Notes: generated from the letters alone by a model not told the origin. Shown: positions 39,752 to 54,002, numbered from the stretch's first letter. The stretch is 64,000 nucleotides of DNA from Octopus bimaculoides (GCF_001194135.2 NC_068994.1:35940094-36004093); one strand, 5' to 3'. Made by a program: numbers and translations.

Positions 39752-40132
39752 GTAGAAGCACAATGGCCCAATGGTTAAGGCAGCAGACTTGCAGTCATAG
39801 GATCGTGGTTTCGATTCCCAGACCGGGCATTGTGAGTGTTTATTGTGCGAAAACACCTAAAGCTCCACGAGGCTCCTGCATGGGATGGTGGAGAACCCTG
39901 CTGTACTCTTTCACCACAACTTTCTCTCACTCTTACTTCCTGTTTCTATTGTGCCTGTAATTCAAAGGGTCAGCCTTGTCACACTGTGTCACGTTGAATA
40001 TCCCCAAGAACTACATTAAGGGTACACGTGTCTGTGGAGTGCTCGGCCACTTGCACGTTAATTTCACGAGCAGGCTGTGCCGTTGATCTGATCAACTGGA
40101 ACCCTCGACGTTGTAAGTGACGGAGTGTCAAC
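39752..40132 (+). mobile_element. tRNA-derived SINE, family B, tail type 2, with TSD
   Basis: 11-bp TSD AGTTTCTCTGT at 39741-39751 and 40133-40143; A box TGGCCCAATGG, B box GTTTCGATTCC. Confidence 0.9.
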
Positions 40133-41294
40133 AGTTTCTCTGTAATGTTGTTTGTACTGGCAGTGAACCCCTTGTCAGTCCTGTCAAAAAATACCAAAGC
40201 TACATGCTGGGATATGCAGAAAAGAATAAAATTAATGTCATCCATACATTTTTTTGTATGGTAACATAAACAATATTAAGAGACAATTAAAAACTAGTCA
40301 CAACATTCTCATGAGACAAAGGAATGCAGTTTGAGCAAGATAATTCCTCAAACAGGATAGCCAACTGAGGAAAGATTGTCCACCAAATAGAGAACAGGTA
40401 TATCAAAGGCTTGTCTATCTCCCCTACCTCTAATGATGCAAACTATAACTATCTCAGAATCAGTGAGAATGTTGCATAAAAAAGTATTTCTGTAGACTCC
40501 AGAAAATATGGAATTCAAAGTTGTTTACACTTAACAAGACCATATCTCAGTGCTTTTGCAGTGCTAGTGCTAGTACCAACATTTGAGGTATTAAACTGAA
40601 CACTTGATAAGATCCACAGCCTGGACATTAAAACTAGAAAGGTACTGACCAGCACTGGCAATTTGCACATCACCAGTGACACTGAGCAGATCTATATGAG
40701 GTGAAGTGATGGTAGAAGAGGTAAAAGGTCAGTCCGAACAGTCTTTGAATGTCGCATTGTATCATTCAAACAACACCTGTTGGAAAGTAAAGAAAGAAAT
40801 GAATACATTTCATGCCTACTCAAAAGTGAGAGCAACAACATCTTCAGAGTTGGCGAAGAATTACTGAGCAGATACTCTGAGACTACAACTGTCTTGCTTG
40901 ATCAAAGGAAGTTTGACTGGCCTACATAAACAGAAGCTTAGAGGAGAAGCAGGCATCATACCAGCAACAAGCAATGCATGGATGCATATCCCATAAGTTA
41001 AAGGATAGCAACAGCATTGACAGGAAGAGTAGCCTCTCCTGGAATTGTAATAGATACATTACATCTCATCTTTGCTATCCAGGAATGGAAAATAGCTACT
41101 AAATACCTGAAAAACAAGACAGAAAAGCTACCACCAAACCTCTATGTTGTGATAGAAAATGTCACCTCTGCTATACTAGTGTGGAATATATCACTCACAT
41201 CAGCAGCTGCCTCAAAATGTCTACAATGGACTGCTTGCCCCTGAGGCATGATAGTATACAATACTATATGCAGGAAGGATTGCCCTGACATATA

Positions 41295-42163
41295 CGAGGA
41301 GGTACCCAAAAGTAACCAGACAAGCTCATTGTAGTTCAGGCCTCTGCCACTAGAGGCCACAAGATGCAACCCTCAGGTATCAGTCTGCCAACCAGTGTTA
41401 TCAAGCAGAGTCGTACAGCTATGTGGTGTGTCTTTGTTTTGCCGTGCTTCCCCTCTGTTCATGGATTTTTGTGATGGTTGAAACAAAAGAACAATGTGCT
41501 TCCTTGAAATTCTGTTTTATGTTAGGGAACCAAAACAATTGTCATGCTTCAAACAGTTTACAATGATGCTGCCATGAACAAAACACAAAACACAAGTTTA
41601 TGAGTGGTTTTCACACTTTAAGAATAGTCACTTGTCGCTTGAAGACCAATCTCATTCAGGGCAACCGTTGACCACCCAATCGAATGAAAGCATCATGAAA
41701 ATTCATGAACCAGTCTTGGAGGACCATCACCGAACAACTGATGAATTTGTTGATATGACTAGGATATTCTGGAGCTCCTGCCATCGAATTTTGAGCAAGG
41801 AATTGTAAATGAAAAAAGTTGCAGCAAAATTTGTGCCTCGTTGGCTCATGGAAAATCAAAAGCAGTCACAAATGAATGCCTGTCATGAACTGAAAGAACA
41901 CTTGGAAGTTGATCCCGACCTTTTTACGAAGGTCTTCACTGGTGACGAAAGCTGGTGCTATGGAATTTGCAGATGAGGAAGAGGTGAAGAAAAAATTGAT
42001 GGAGGCATTAAAAGGCATCACTTTGTAGAACAGTGGAAAACACATCTGGACTGATGCATTGCTTCAAATGGAGAATACTTTGAAGGTGATAAAAGTGTAA
42101 ACTTGTAAAACTAAGTGGATAAAAAATATTGCAAACTTCTGGTTTCTTTTGGGCACCCCCTTG
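41295..42163 (+). mobile_element. Internally deleted mariner (Tc1/mariner) transposon
   Basis: TA TSDs (41293-41294, 42164-42165); TIRs CGAGGAGGTACCCAAAAGTAACCAGA / CAAGGGGGTGCCCAAAAGAAACCAGA. Transposase remnants VYEWF, KKVAAKFVPRWL and FTGDESWCYG, then a jump to CIASNGEYFEG, so most of the DDD domain is deleted. Confidence 0.9.
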
Positions 42164-45013
42164 TACATCAAAGGCATGTCATAACCAGCATGCATTTACA
42201 CCTTTAAAAACAAAGAATACTAGTGGACCACTCCAGATTCAGCACAAACATAACAGAGGTAATATTGTTCTGTGGGTCAGGGGACATAAGTCATACACTG
42301 TTGTAGTGGTCAGCTGCCCAGTGGATGTGAATGCCCCATCAAACATCCTGGAAAAAGAGAACTTTTATGGTAAATTAATGTGGAACTTACAGCTCTTATA
42401 TCCTGACAATAAATTCTCACTTGTACCTATCATCGCAGGTGCAGCAAGCTATGTACCTACAAATATACACAAAACCTAGAAATACTAGGCTTTTCACAGA
42501 AAGCGCAAAAGGAACTGATACAGATTCTCTAAATCCAATCTATTAACGGCACTATGAATATTTGTAAGACATTCCAAAGATTCTCCACTTGTGAGTCTTT
42601 ACATGAACAGATGCACACACTTCGGTGTGTGCATCAACAGCTCTGCCAATACACCAACTCAGTCACAGATTTACAAACACTGGGAACTCTCTTAACTCAA
42701 AAATGTCTTGTCGCTTTGTTAGTGACCAACTTGAATTCTCTTCAGAATTTAAATAGATCTCAAAGAAAAATCATATTTACATATATATATATATGTATGT
42801 ATATGTATACCATATGAAATACAACTGCTAAAGATACAGTTTTGTGATTTCAATTTGTTTCGTCATTGTCTTTATTTTCTAAGTATTTTATATTTTTGCA
42901 TGGTTTTTTCTTCCACTATCTTGTAATTTTGGGTTATAATTATAGTTTATAAGCAGGTTGTAGAAGTGAAGTAGAAACCACAAAACAGATAAAATTGCAT
43001 TCAGTATAAAGACATGTTTCTTCTTGCATTGATTTTTTTCTCACCTTTCTAGAAAATAACAAAAACTACTAAATTGAAAGAGATTGTATTTTTTTCCTTT
43101 TTTTACATAAAAACTTTATTTGTAAATTACATGGGTTTTCAGTTTTTCTTTTGTTTGTCTTGAGGTTGTCTTTTTTGTCTTTGTACTTTTTTATTTTTCT
43201 TTCTTTAATTTTGAATTTTTTTTGGTCAATTCATTTTTGTTCTTTAAGATTCTTACATAATGTTTATATTTTTTAAGAGGTTGTTGGGGGAGGAGAATAT
43301 GTTGATAGCTTGCCTGCACTGATAGGCTCAGCTTACCAAATGATGAATTATTATTATTATTATATTTCTTTTTTTTTTTTGGTTTTTGGGGAATAAAGTT
43401 TCAAATGATCACAAAAATAATTTGATTTCTCTATCATAATAATTGTTTTATTTATTTGTTTTTTTAATTTTCAAGAGGGGTTTTTTAAAAGCAGCAGAAT
43501 AATTTTCTTGTTGACTATTGCAAGAATAAATACAAGTTGATGGTAAATGAAATCAGAGAAGATATTATTATCTGGCAATAGGTAAAAAGAGCTGAGTGTC
43601 AAGGCATAACAGGAAACCAAGAACATTCAATGTTGAAAGAAATAGCCATCAAAGCAACAAAAGTCGTAAACTTTTTATAAGGATTCTAACTGGTAATGGC
43701 AATGTTTTTCTTTTTTATAGTTAGAATCACAATTTTTTTTATATTTTACTCCCTCAAATCAAATAAACAAATCTAATGAGTTATATCAATATCATTTTTT
43801 TTCCTTCACGGTTAAAATAAAATTATAACAATAGCAATAGCAACAATGATTAATAACATTAATTAATGTAATTAAACAAAACAAAGAAACACTACAAAAA
43901 CAAAACAAACTATAGAAAGACAAACATTATACAACAGTGACACAACAGTGAGAACAATAACAACAAAAACTAGAAAATAGAAATGCATAAAAAAAATAAT
44001 AATAATAAGGGATAAAGTTGAATTCTGTTGAGGTTTACTTCCAAAGGTAGAGTTAAACCAGCTGTCCAGTAAATGAAGTGATCTGTAGAGATCTGAGGAA
44101 GAGTGGAGGACAGCAGAATGTAACTACATAGACTATCACAGATCAATAGAAAAGAGCAACAATTGTGAAGAGCTCTGCTGTAGATATTTTGGATAGAGAC
44201 ACTACACTGAATACTTTAAACAAATTATGGATATGCAGTGAGAACCAAAAGTTTGGACAGATTGTATGATTGTAAGAGTGAAAAATTGATTTCAGCTCAG
44301 TCGAAGCCAACAATAAGCCAGGAAGCAAGCTTTATAACATGGTTGCTTAACATGCTCACTGTGGCAACCAAATATCTCCCTCATTAAATTTCCAAACAAC
44401 TTTAATTTAGGACTACAAGATAATGCTGTAAATCCTAAATTTTAGGACAGCATACTCTGCAATAAAAGAAGTTAGCCACAGCAAAAGAAAAAAATTAATG
44501 CAGATCAATTGCTTATTTTGATCAGATATCCTTTTGCACCCAAGCAGGGTTGTCTAGGCTGTTCTGTAGCCATGAAATAATTATACTTTGATACTTGAGC
44601 ATGATCTGGCAGAAAACAATTGTAATAACAAGAATTATTATAATAATACTAATACTGGTGGTAATTCTTTTAACAAAAATCACAATGATTGTTTTGTGTT
44701 TTCTTAGATGAACATACTTATTTATAGGTGAATTGAAATAAGATTGTAAAATGTTTATGTTTTTGTCAATGGCAATAGTGATGTAATTCAATTAAAATGA
44801 CTGCAACCAAGAATCAAAATCCAGGTTGCAGTCTTGTGTCACAGACAGTTAAAGTCACTGTGAGGTGGTGCTTACAACAATTAAATAATGATGATGATGA
44901 TGATGATGGTGGTGATGGTGGTGTTGTTGTTGGTGGTGGTGGTGGTGATGATGAGGGTAATAATAATAATAATAATAATAATGATGATGATAATTTTTAT
45001 TATCATTTGTAAC

Positions 45014-47826
45014 ATAGCCATAAGGCCACATATTTTAGAGGAAGAGCATAATCAAGTAAATCAACCCAGTGTTTAACTGGTACTTTATTTTATCAATTTG
45101 GAAGGATCAAAGGCAAAGTCAGTCCTAGCACATAGGATTTGGACTCCAAACGTAAAGTGACAAAACCAAATACCACAAGGTATTTTGTTTAGCTCTCTAC
45201 CAATTCTGCAACTCCACACTAATAATAATAATAATAATAATAGTGATAATAATAATAATAATAATAATAATTGTGATAATAATAATAATGATAATAATAA
45301 TAATAGTGACAATAATAATGATAATAATAATAATAATAATAATAATGGTGACAATAGTAATAATGATAATAATAATAATAATAATAATAATTGGCACAAA
45401 GCCACTATTTTGAAAGGGAAGGGTTATAGTTAATTATATTGCCCTCAATAGTTTCCTGGTACTTATTTTATTGGTCCCAGAAAGAATAAAGGCAAAATCA
45501 GCCCTGTGGAGGTATTTCAAATTAGAACATAGAGGATGTAACTAAATACCTTAAGGCATATCATCCTATGTTCTGTTTTTTTAGTTCTTTTTTTACACCT
45601 AGAATAGTGATAAGATGAAGTAAAAGACAAGAGAAAGAATATGATTTCTATTTTGGGATGTAGGGCCACGAATTTTTAAGGGAGCCATATAATCAAATGA
45701 ATCCACCTTAATATTTTCTAGATTCTTATTTTATCACATCCCCCTCACTCAGGAGGTTAAAAAGAGTTGGCACCAATGGGATTTGAACTTAGAAGCATGA
45801 AGCAAGAAAACTGATACTCTATCAAAGAATTTAGCTAGTTTTCTACCATCTGAGCTAATGACACAAACTTTGTCAATGATGGTATCTTACAGTGGTACAG
45901 TACCACAAATTGATTAAATTGACTTGAGAACATGCATGATACTTAATTCATTGACTGTACCAAAGAATTTAGAAAAGAAAGAAAGGAAGGTAAAAACCAA
46001 CCTTAGCTGGACTTGAACAGAGAATGCAGAGGTAAAAAAACCAAGTAGATATGTATCCATAATTTGAAGCAACTTAATCTACCCTCTACCCATTAGGGAT
46101 GAACAGCAAAGTAATAATAATTATTATTATTTCTAATTTTGGCACGAGGCCAGCAATTTTGGACTATGAAGAGCAGCAAACAGAGCTGCACTCTGTAGTT
46201 CAGTGAAAGCACACAATAAAAATAAGACCACTGAATAATAATGACAATCATAATAAGAAGTATAATAATGATGACGATGTCAAAGATGGTCCTGAGGATA
46301 ATCCTCATACAGGTGAGGATGATAATGATGATGGTAGGGAGAGGGAAGGGGAAAGGAGGAAAAAGAAGGAAGATAATTTATATAGAAATAGATCCTTAAA
46401 ATGAGGGGAAAGGTGACATGGGTATCAGTGCAATATAAGAATAAAGGAAAATGATTCTAGCTGGGACTCATAACAAAGACACTGTCATACTATTATATGC
46501 AATGCTGCCTGCCACAACAACAATAACAGGAATAATAACAATTATATAATAATAATAATGATAGTCTCTTTTAACTCAAGACAAGGCCAAATTTTGCAGG
46601 GGTGGGAGGACACAATGGAATTGATTGCAATATATTACTAGTTGTTATTTTATTAAATTCAGAAGTATAAAAGGCAAAGACAAGCTTATGGGGTGATATG
46701 AACACAGAACATAGACTCAAGGTATCAGATACTGTAAAGTTTCTCTGTCATCAGTCTCTCTGCTGCTGTCCATTGCCCTATAATAATGGTAATAATGATA
46801 GTTTTTCACATTGGCACAAGGCCATGAATTCTTTTGTATGTGTTTGGTGGGGATTATAACAGTCGATTAAATTTATGTCAGAAGATATCTGGTATTTTAT
46901 CAACCCAGTGGGATGAAAGACAAAGTCAACTCTGGCTGGATTTGAACACTTAAGGGTGGAAACTAAATATCAAAATACATTTAGTTCAGTGTTCACTTGT
47001 TTTGTTTTGTTTTGTTTTTTTCATCAACTCCATTGCAATACTAATAATCATGAAAATGATTGTAATAATAATAATAATAATCTTAATAATTTTTTCTAAC
47101 ATAGGCACAAAGCCAAAAATTGTGGGGTGGGATTAGTTGATACTATTGACTGGTATTTGAATGGTACTTTATTTCATCAACCCTGAAAGGATGAAAGGCA
47201 AAGTTGACATTGGCTGAATTTGAACTCAGAATGTAAAAGACTGGAACAAACACTATGAGGCATTTTCTCTGATACTCTAACAATTCTGCCAAACCACCAT
47301 ACTAAATAACAATAATAATAATGTTTCTAATTTAGGCATAAAGCCAGCACCCAAAGTAGTAGTAGTAGAGATGTTTGCAAGACAGTGCTATGAATATTCC
47401 TTTTGATTCAACACTAGTTCTATAACAGGTTATACATCTGAAAGAATCTATTCTCCAGAACTATGTGAAATTAGGTAGAAAGAAGCATCCTGCCCACAGA
47501 CACAACAAAATAAAAGTAGATAGATATGAACGCACAAGCAAAGAGCCAGAAGCTCAATATCTTATCTACTGACCATTTCAGGTCAACAGTAATATTAATA
47601 ATAATGGTTTCTAACATAGGCTCAAGGCCACGGATTTGTAGAGACCAGTTGATTAAATTGATCCCAGTACTTGACTCTGGTACATAATTCATCGACACAG
47701 CCCTTCCCGCCACCATAAGGACGAAAGGCAAAGTCGACCTTGACAGGTTTTAATACAGAATATAAAGAGAAATAACTAAATACCACAAGGCATTTAAGTG
47801 TACCCCCCTACTGATTCAGCCATCCC
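45014..47826 (-). repeat. Cluster of about 8 full and 2 partial family C SINEs, all in the same orientation, most next to (AAT)n-type tracts
   Basis: ggcacaaggcc-like tails near 45014, 45390, 45660, 46140, 46580, 46813, 47103, 47335 and 47620, most followed by aaaggcaaagtc..tttgaac blocks. Confidence 0.75.
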
Positions 47827-48517
47827 AATAATAATAATAAATAATAATAAATGATATCTAATAGACATAAAGTAGTTTGTTAAATTGGATATAATATATC
47901 AAGCATAATAATAGTAGGGATCACAAGACTCTGAAATTGGTTACCAGCTAATAACTAATCAATTTAAAATAATCAAAACCAGTTGGTTATTATCTCAGAT
48001 TCTTCAGTATCATAGTAAGTTCAGTATCATAATAAACAAACTGATTCATCACAAAAATGCATTTGTTGTTTTATTTCTAATCAATAGAATATGAGGCAAG
48101 AGTTAGGACCCAAATAAATATTGTATGTCAAGGGGCTACAAACAAGCTAGTTTTGCCATTGCTTCAAGTTGATTTTCACCAAATGAAAAAAGATGAAAAT
48201 GCTCAAATATTTAAATAAGACAACCTCAACAAATATTAAAAACAAAAGTTTCACTTCACAAAAACTTCACAAGAAAAGGGTTGCCTGAAATTAATGATGA
48301 CTATAAAGTTTATATCAGAATCAAAATGTTCAAATCTATGAAATTAGAATATAATAAATATAGGAATCTATACAGTTAGAAGATTAGAAACAAGATGTAT
48401 ATAAGATCTGTGTTTAACAAATATGTTTGAGGTTATATTTGTGTATAACAAAGATGTAAGAAGTTATAAAATGATTGTATAACAAAGAGAAGCTGTAAGA
48501 TTACCATTTATATATTT

Positions 48518-48553
<36 letters not shown>

Positions 48554-48558
48554 CATAT

Positions 48559-48637
<79 letters not shown>

Positions 48638-51255
48638 TATATGTATATATGTATATATATAAAACAAAGATATATTGGTTAATGTACAACGAAGATGAAG
48701 GAGAATAGTATTTTAATAAATGTGTAGATAAGCCTATGAAAGCAGCTATAGACCTGAGTAGCTAACAAAGGCATTTCACAACCAATCTAAAATAAGTTCT
48801 GTACCAAAATATAGTGGCACCTACGGATGGATTTTTTTTTTAGAATTTTTGATAAAGAATAAAAAGTAAACTATATCTGAAATTTAGGGGAGGGAATATT
48901 AACTAAACTGTATCCGAAATGGAGAATGTTATCATCATATATTCAATATATTCAATATATTCTCAAAATATCTTCATTCTGTAGTCTTCTTTTGTGCAAT
49001 CATCAATATCATGTGATGAGGAAGTCAAACGACCAAGCTTACATTAGCTAAGACCAAAAGTGTTTCCTGGTATATCCAACATATTGTGGATTGTGTTTTA
49101 CCAGATCTGTACAATATCATGATTTCATACTAATTAAGACAATTTTTTTTCATTTAAATTTTTTTTTTTTTTTTTTTTTTTTTTTGTTAAATCTACACAA
49201 AATTGTTTTTGGAAGAAATGATTAAATTGAAATCATAAATGCTAAAAGATCTGAAATTAACAGAATTTTCCAACACAAAGCAAAATATACTCCATGATTA
49301 AGTATAAAAGGCCTTACAAATATTGTAATGTCTATTTTATAGTGGACGATACTGTTTTTTTTAAATACTTTTTTTTTAATGTTGATTTTTTTTAATGCCA
49401 ATACTATAACTATCTATAGGTATTCTCAAATTAGTTCTGTATTGCCCTAGAGTAGTGAAAAGAATAATTCTATTAAGTCTTAACAGCAATTTAGTGATTG
49501 GTTTTATGGTCGGTGATTCTGAATGTAGGTCAATAACTTACAAGACTTTCTGTCTTGAACTGACAACACATTCAGCACAAATTTATTAATAACATTCAGA
49601 ACTGGCCATCAAACTGGGCCTGTCTCTTCTGAAGACGCAAAGCTCTTTTATAACATCACAATAACTAACTCACATCTCACTTCCCTGAATTATCTCGACA
49701 ATTGACCAATACAATTTATGTTTTAGTCAATTAATGAAAATAGATTGGAATGGTTAGATACAATTTTAATCTAATTTGTAATAGAAAATATCATAACAAG
49801 TTGTTATTTTTTTTTGGTTGGTTTACTTTTTTGTTCTTTTTTTGTTCTTTTTGTTCCTTTTTATCTTTTTTCTTTTTTCTTTTTTTTTACAAAAAAATTG
49901 AATCCCAATAACGTTTTTCTAAAGCTATGCTCCTTGAATCAGATCACTGACTGAGATAGCAAAGGAAATATTTAATGTACAATATCCCCATAATTTTTAG
50001 GAAGAGAGGCCATACATGGAATGTGTCTGGTCAGTCTCTGGCTATTGGTTTTTTTTATTTGGAAAAAAAATATGTGGAAGCCAAGAAGCAGAACATTGCA
50101 AAGTATATGCGCTTTTATCTATCATGGACATTTAGTTGCATTTGGAGATATACATGCTCACTGAAGCAGAGCGTTCGAAACAGGGATATAACTCCATAAC
50201 CAGATACACAGTTCATTAGTTGAGTTAGAATTTCAGTAAGAACTTCATGAACTGCTTGACTAACTAAACTAAAGTTCTAAATAGAGGAGATTTGAATTCA
50301 ACAAGGCTACTAATATATACCAATAGCCAGAGTCTGAGACATGACCAAAGAAATAAAGTGGCCACTGTTTTAATGGTTATGAATTCAACAGTTATTATCA
50401 TCTAGAAAACTTTTGCATTAGTGCATATATTCAATATCTCAGGAGATAGAATAGCTGCTATTATCAAGAGCTTTCTACCATGATAATAACTTTAAAAATA
50501 AATTTAAAAAAAAAAGTTGATTCTTTTTCAGTCTTTCAAACATTTGTTTGAATTATAGATTTTGGATGGAAATGTTTTTGCCCAATAAATTTCTTCAAAG
50601 TTATATATTGAAAGATACCACAAATGTTTCTGACTCCATTTCATAATGTTTGTAACAAAATTGAAATTGTAACTTTGACATAAAAATAACATTATGATTA
50701 TAGTAAACCAGAAGTTTACAATTAACATTTTCTTGAAAACATAAAAATTGCAGACTTTCTCTTTATACTCTTAATAACATTCTTGGTTATATAAAATGGT
50801 CATGTTTACTGCTGGGAAGAAATACTAATTTCATATATGTATGTATATATATATGCACATACATACATATTCATATATATATGTTTATATATATAGATAG
50901 ATATATGTGTTTATATATATACATATATATATATATATANNNNNNNNNNTAACATTCTTGGTTATATAAAATGGTCATGTTTACTGCTGGGAAGAAATAC
51001 TAATTTCATATATGTATGTATATATATACACTTGAGGAAATAAAAGTCTAGAGACACAACCAATAATAGATTGTATAATGTAAGTAATGGGCTGGTTTAA
51101 AATAAAAATAATCCTTAGAAAGATAGTATTTTCTCCTCAGTTTTTCTTTTGTTTGTTTTTCCAGAAATATCTGTCAGAAAACATCTAAGAATATTTGTAT
51201 TCTTTTTCTCATTCTCTCATTCATTCTATTTCTGTCTCTCTTTCACTTTTTTTTT

Positions 51256-51467
51256 TTATGTGTTGGGTGCTTTTGGTACTGATGGTAGAGATTTAGGGTA
51301 AACATTAAAACTGTTCCTCATGGGAAGATTCCACAGCAATGATGAACTAGGGCTGTTTACTCGGATTATTTTTGCATCGTTACAATCTTTGAAATTACTT
51401 TTTTGATTAGTAATAGGCTGTTGAGATAAACAAACGTTATCTATGTTGAAGACCTGTTCCAGCTGAC
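51256..51467 (-). CDS. Terminal coding exon of an unidentified host gene
   Basis: Acceptor tttcttttgtttttgcAG. Phase-1 start (GT), then QLEQVFNIDNVCLSQQPITNQKSNFKDCNDAKIIRVNSPSSSLLWNLPMRNSFNVYPKSLPSVPKAPNT-TAA; phase matches the 54003-54141 exon. Confidence 0.6.
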
Positions 51468-52082
51468 CTGCAAAAACAAAAGAAATCATATTCAAATACT
51501 ACTTTTTAAAAGTTTACAAATGTCTTTGCACACATATGCTCACATGTGTGTGTGTATACATACATACATACATGCATACATATATACATATATACATATA
51601 TACATATATAAATACATACATAAATACACACACACACATATATGTTTGTATGTGTATGAACCAAGAATAAAATTATTTATTTACTTAAAGCAATGAAATA
51701 AAATGTATTTGATCTCTCTATAAACAAATATTAGATTATCTTAAATTAAATTTTTGTGTACCTGTTCTTACACCTGGAATGATGCAAAGAAATTGAATAA
51801 ATGGAAGGTACTCAAGGGATGTTAATCAATCAATAGTTTGAAAAGAGAAAAAATAATTCTTACAACAAAAAAAGGAAGATAAAGCAATACAAAAATTAAA
51901 TGAGCCAATCTGATTATAGTTAGACAGAATACAAAAATTGCTAAAGAAGTTAGCCAACTTAATGCAATATGAAATTAGTTCCCATATAAGATATTTTCAT
52001 AGCAACAAAACAGGCCTACTCTTTGAAATAATATGTGCAATGTTTATTTTTTTTTTGACAAAAATATATTTCATTAATTTCA

Positions 52083-52295
52083 TTTATTCATTTACTTGTT
52101 TCAGTCATTTGACCGTGGTCATGCTGGAGCACGACCTTTAGTCGAAGAAATCAACCCCAGGACTTATTGTTTGTAAGCATAATACTTATTCTATCAGTCT
52201 CTTTTGTCAAACCACTAAGTTATGGGGGTGTAAACACACCAACATCGGCTGTCAAGCAATGGTGTGAGAACAAGAACAGACACATGGACAAATAT

Positions 52296-52352
<57 letters not shown>

Positions 52353-52513
52353 TATACACGATGGGCTTCTTTCAGTTTCCATCTACCAAATATCCACTCA
52401 CAAGGCTTTGGTCGGCTTGAGGCTATAGTAGAAAACACTTGCCCAAGGTGCCATGCAGTGAAACTGTCCCGGGAACCATGTGGTTGTGAAGCAAGCTTCT
52501 TACCACACAGCCA
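52083..52513 (-). mobile_element. SINE family A (full length, intronic)
   Basis: Reverse complement aligns end to end with 21588-22030. Confidence 0.85.
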
Positions 52514-53229
52514 ATCCTGCACCTATTTACACAGTTCTTTGGGTGTTTTTTTAAACTATTTTTGAAATGGATATTTAAAAAATATATTCTGCAATTAATA
52601 ATCAAAAGTCACAAAAGTAATATATGTAACAGTAGATCTACATTATGTAAATGGTTATAATTAAATATTGTATATACTACAATACATATGAATAATCTAT
52701 AAATCTGAATAAATTATAATATAATATATAGAAATAAAAATGTATACAGACAATAATAAAAAATGTATATCATGCAAAAGAAATTGAGCATGTATTTCTA
52801 TATTCATACGACTATGTCTACTTGAGTATGTACATGGTTGTTAGAACTTGTTGTCTATAACTGAGGTACTGAGCTACAAATAACATTCAGCCATTAATGA
52901 ATACTGAATATTTCTAATGTAATTATTCAACTAATGAAGTGGTTCACACTCAAGCTAAACTAGTGAATATCATCTCTTGTATATAAGAAAACAGCAATAA
53001 CTTGATCATCTTTTAACAAGTAGAAAATTACAGTTGTTCATTTTCTGAAGTAGAATGAATATTTGATGAAAAAATAAAAACAATGTGGTAGACATTTTAC
53101 TTCACAGATATGTTCTCTACATGAAGATGATTGTATATTTGGATTCTGGGTGGTCGGGTCTAAATGTAACAGGGACAATCTCTATGTTACAGATGGTATT
53201 TCTTTTCTCTTTTTTTTTTTATATCTTGT

Positions 53230-53662
53230 TTTACTCATTGGATTGCAGCCATGCTGGGGAAGCACCTTGAAAGGTTTCGTTGAACAATTGACCCCAGTAT
53301 TTATTTATTCTGTTTGATATTTATTTGATCAGTACCTTTTGCTGAACAGTGAAGTTATGGGGACATAAACAAACCAATACCCAGTGCCATGTGGTGGTTG
53401 GGGACAAACACAAACATAGACATACACACATACATGCATGCACACACACATGCATGTGTGTGCACGCACACACAAACACACACACACAAACACACACACA
53501 CACGCGTGGGCTTCCAGACTGTTTCCATTTACCAAACTCACTCACAAGGCTGTGGTCAGCCAAAAGCTATTGTAGAAGACACTTGCCCAAGGTGCCATGC
53601 AGTGGGACTGAACCCAAAACTATGCAGTTGCAAAACAAACTTCTTTACCACACAGCCATGCC
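53230..53662 (-). mobile_element. SINE family A (full length, more diverged, intronic)
   Basis: gaagacacttgcccaaggtgccatgcagtgggactgaaccc..taccacacagccatgcc. Confidence 0.8.
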
Positions 53663-54002
53663 TGCTGGAAGCAATATATATATATATGTATGTATGTTTG
53701 TTTGTTTGTATGCATGTATGTATGGTAAATGAAAGACAGAAGATGTAATATATGAGAATTTATTATTAATATATATGTATATATATATAAAATTACATGT
53801 ATACATGCCTAATCATAGTTTCCCAAGATGATTTTTAAAAATAAGATGCATAACATGTTCACAATATATACCAATTTATACATCAAAATATCTAATTATT
53901 TATTAATTTATCCTCAAATATTTTCATTGCCATGCCACATTGAAGACAAAACAAATATATACAGAAATATACAGTCTAAGATATATAAGAAGCAAAACAT
54001 AC

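Larger units (their letters stand above)
39409..42770 (+). mobile_element. 5'-truncated R4/Dong-type non-LTR retrotransposon (RT plus restriction-like endonuclease), interrupted twice
   Basis: IWLDLKNVSNSVPHS..GIYQGDSFS/VMLFVLAVNPLS..LDIKTRKVLT..; Cys/His knuckle region (HISSCL..RHDS); endonuclease region HNRGNIVLWV..VSCPVD..EKENFYGKL..VPIIAGA. The reading frame continues across the removed SINE. Confidence 0.8.

Noticed and set aside
45014-47826. Repeat-spacer-like periodicity resembling a CRISPR array
   Set aside because: The units are ~200-bp diverged SINEs in eukaryotic DNA, with no fixed short repeat and no cas genes.
48985-49047. Plus-strand terminal exon candidate SSFVQSSISCDEEVKRPSLH*
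   Set aside because: Only 20 codons, with no upstream exon found.
50776-51030. Exact ~75-bp direct duplication
   Set aside because: The copies flank a 10-N gap; this is most likely an unmerged contig overlap.
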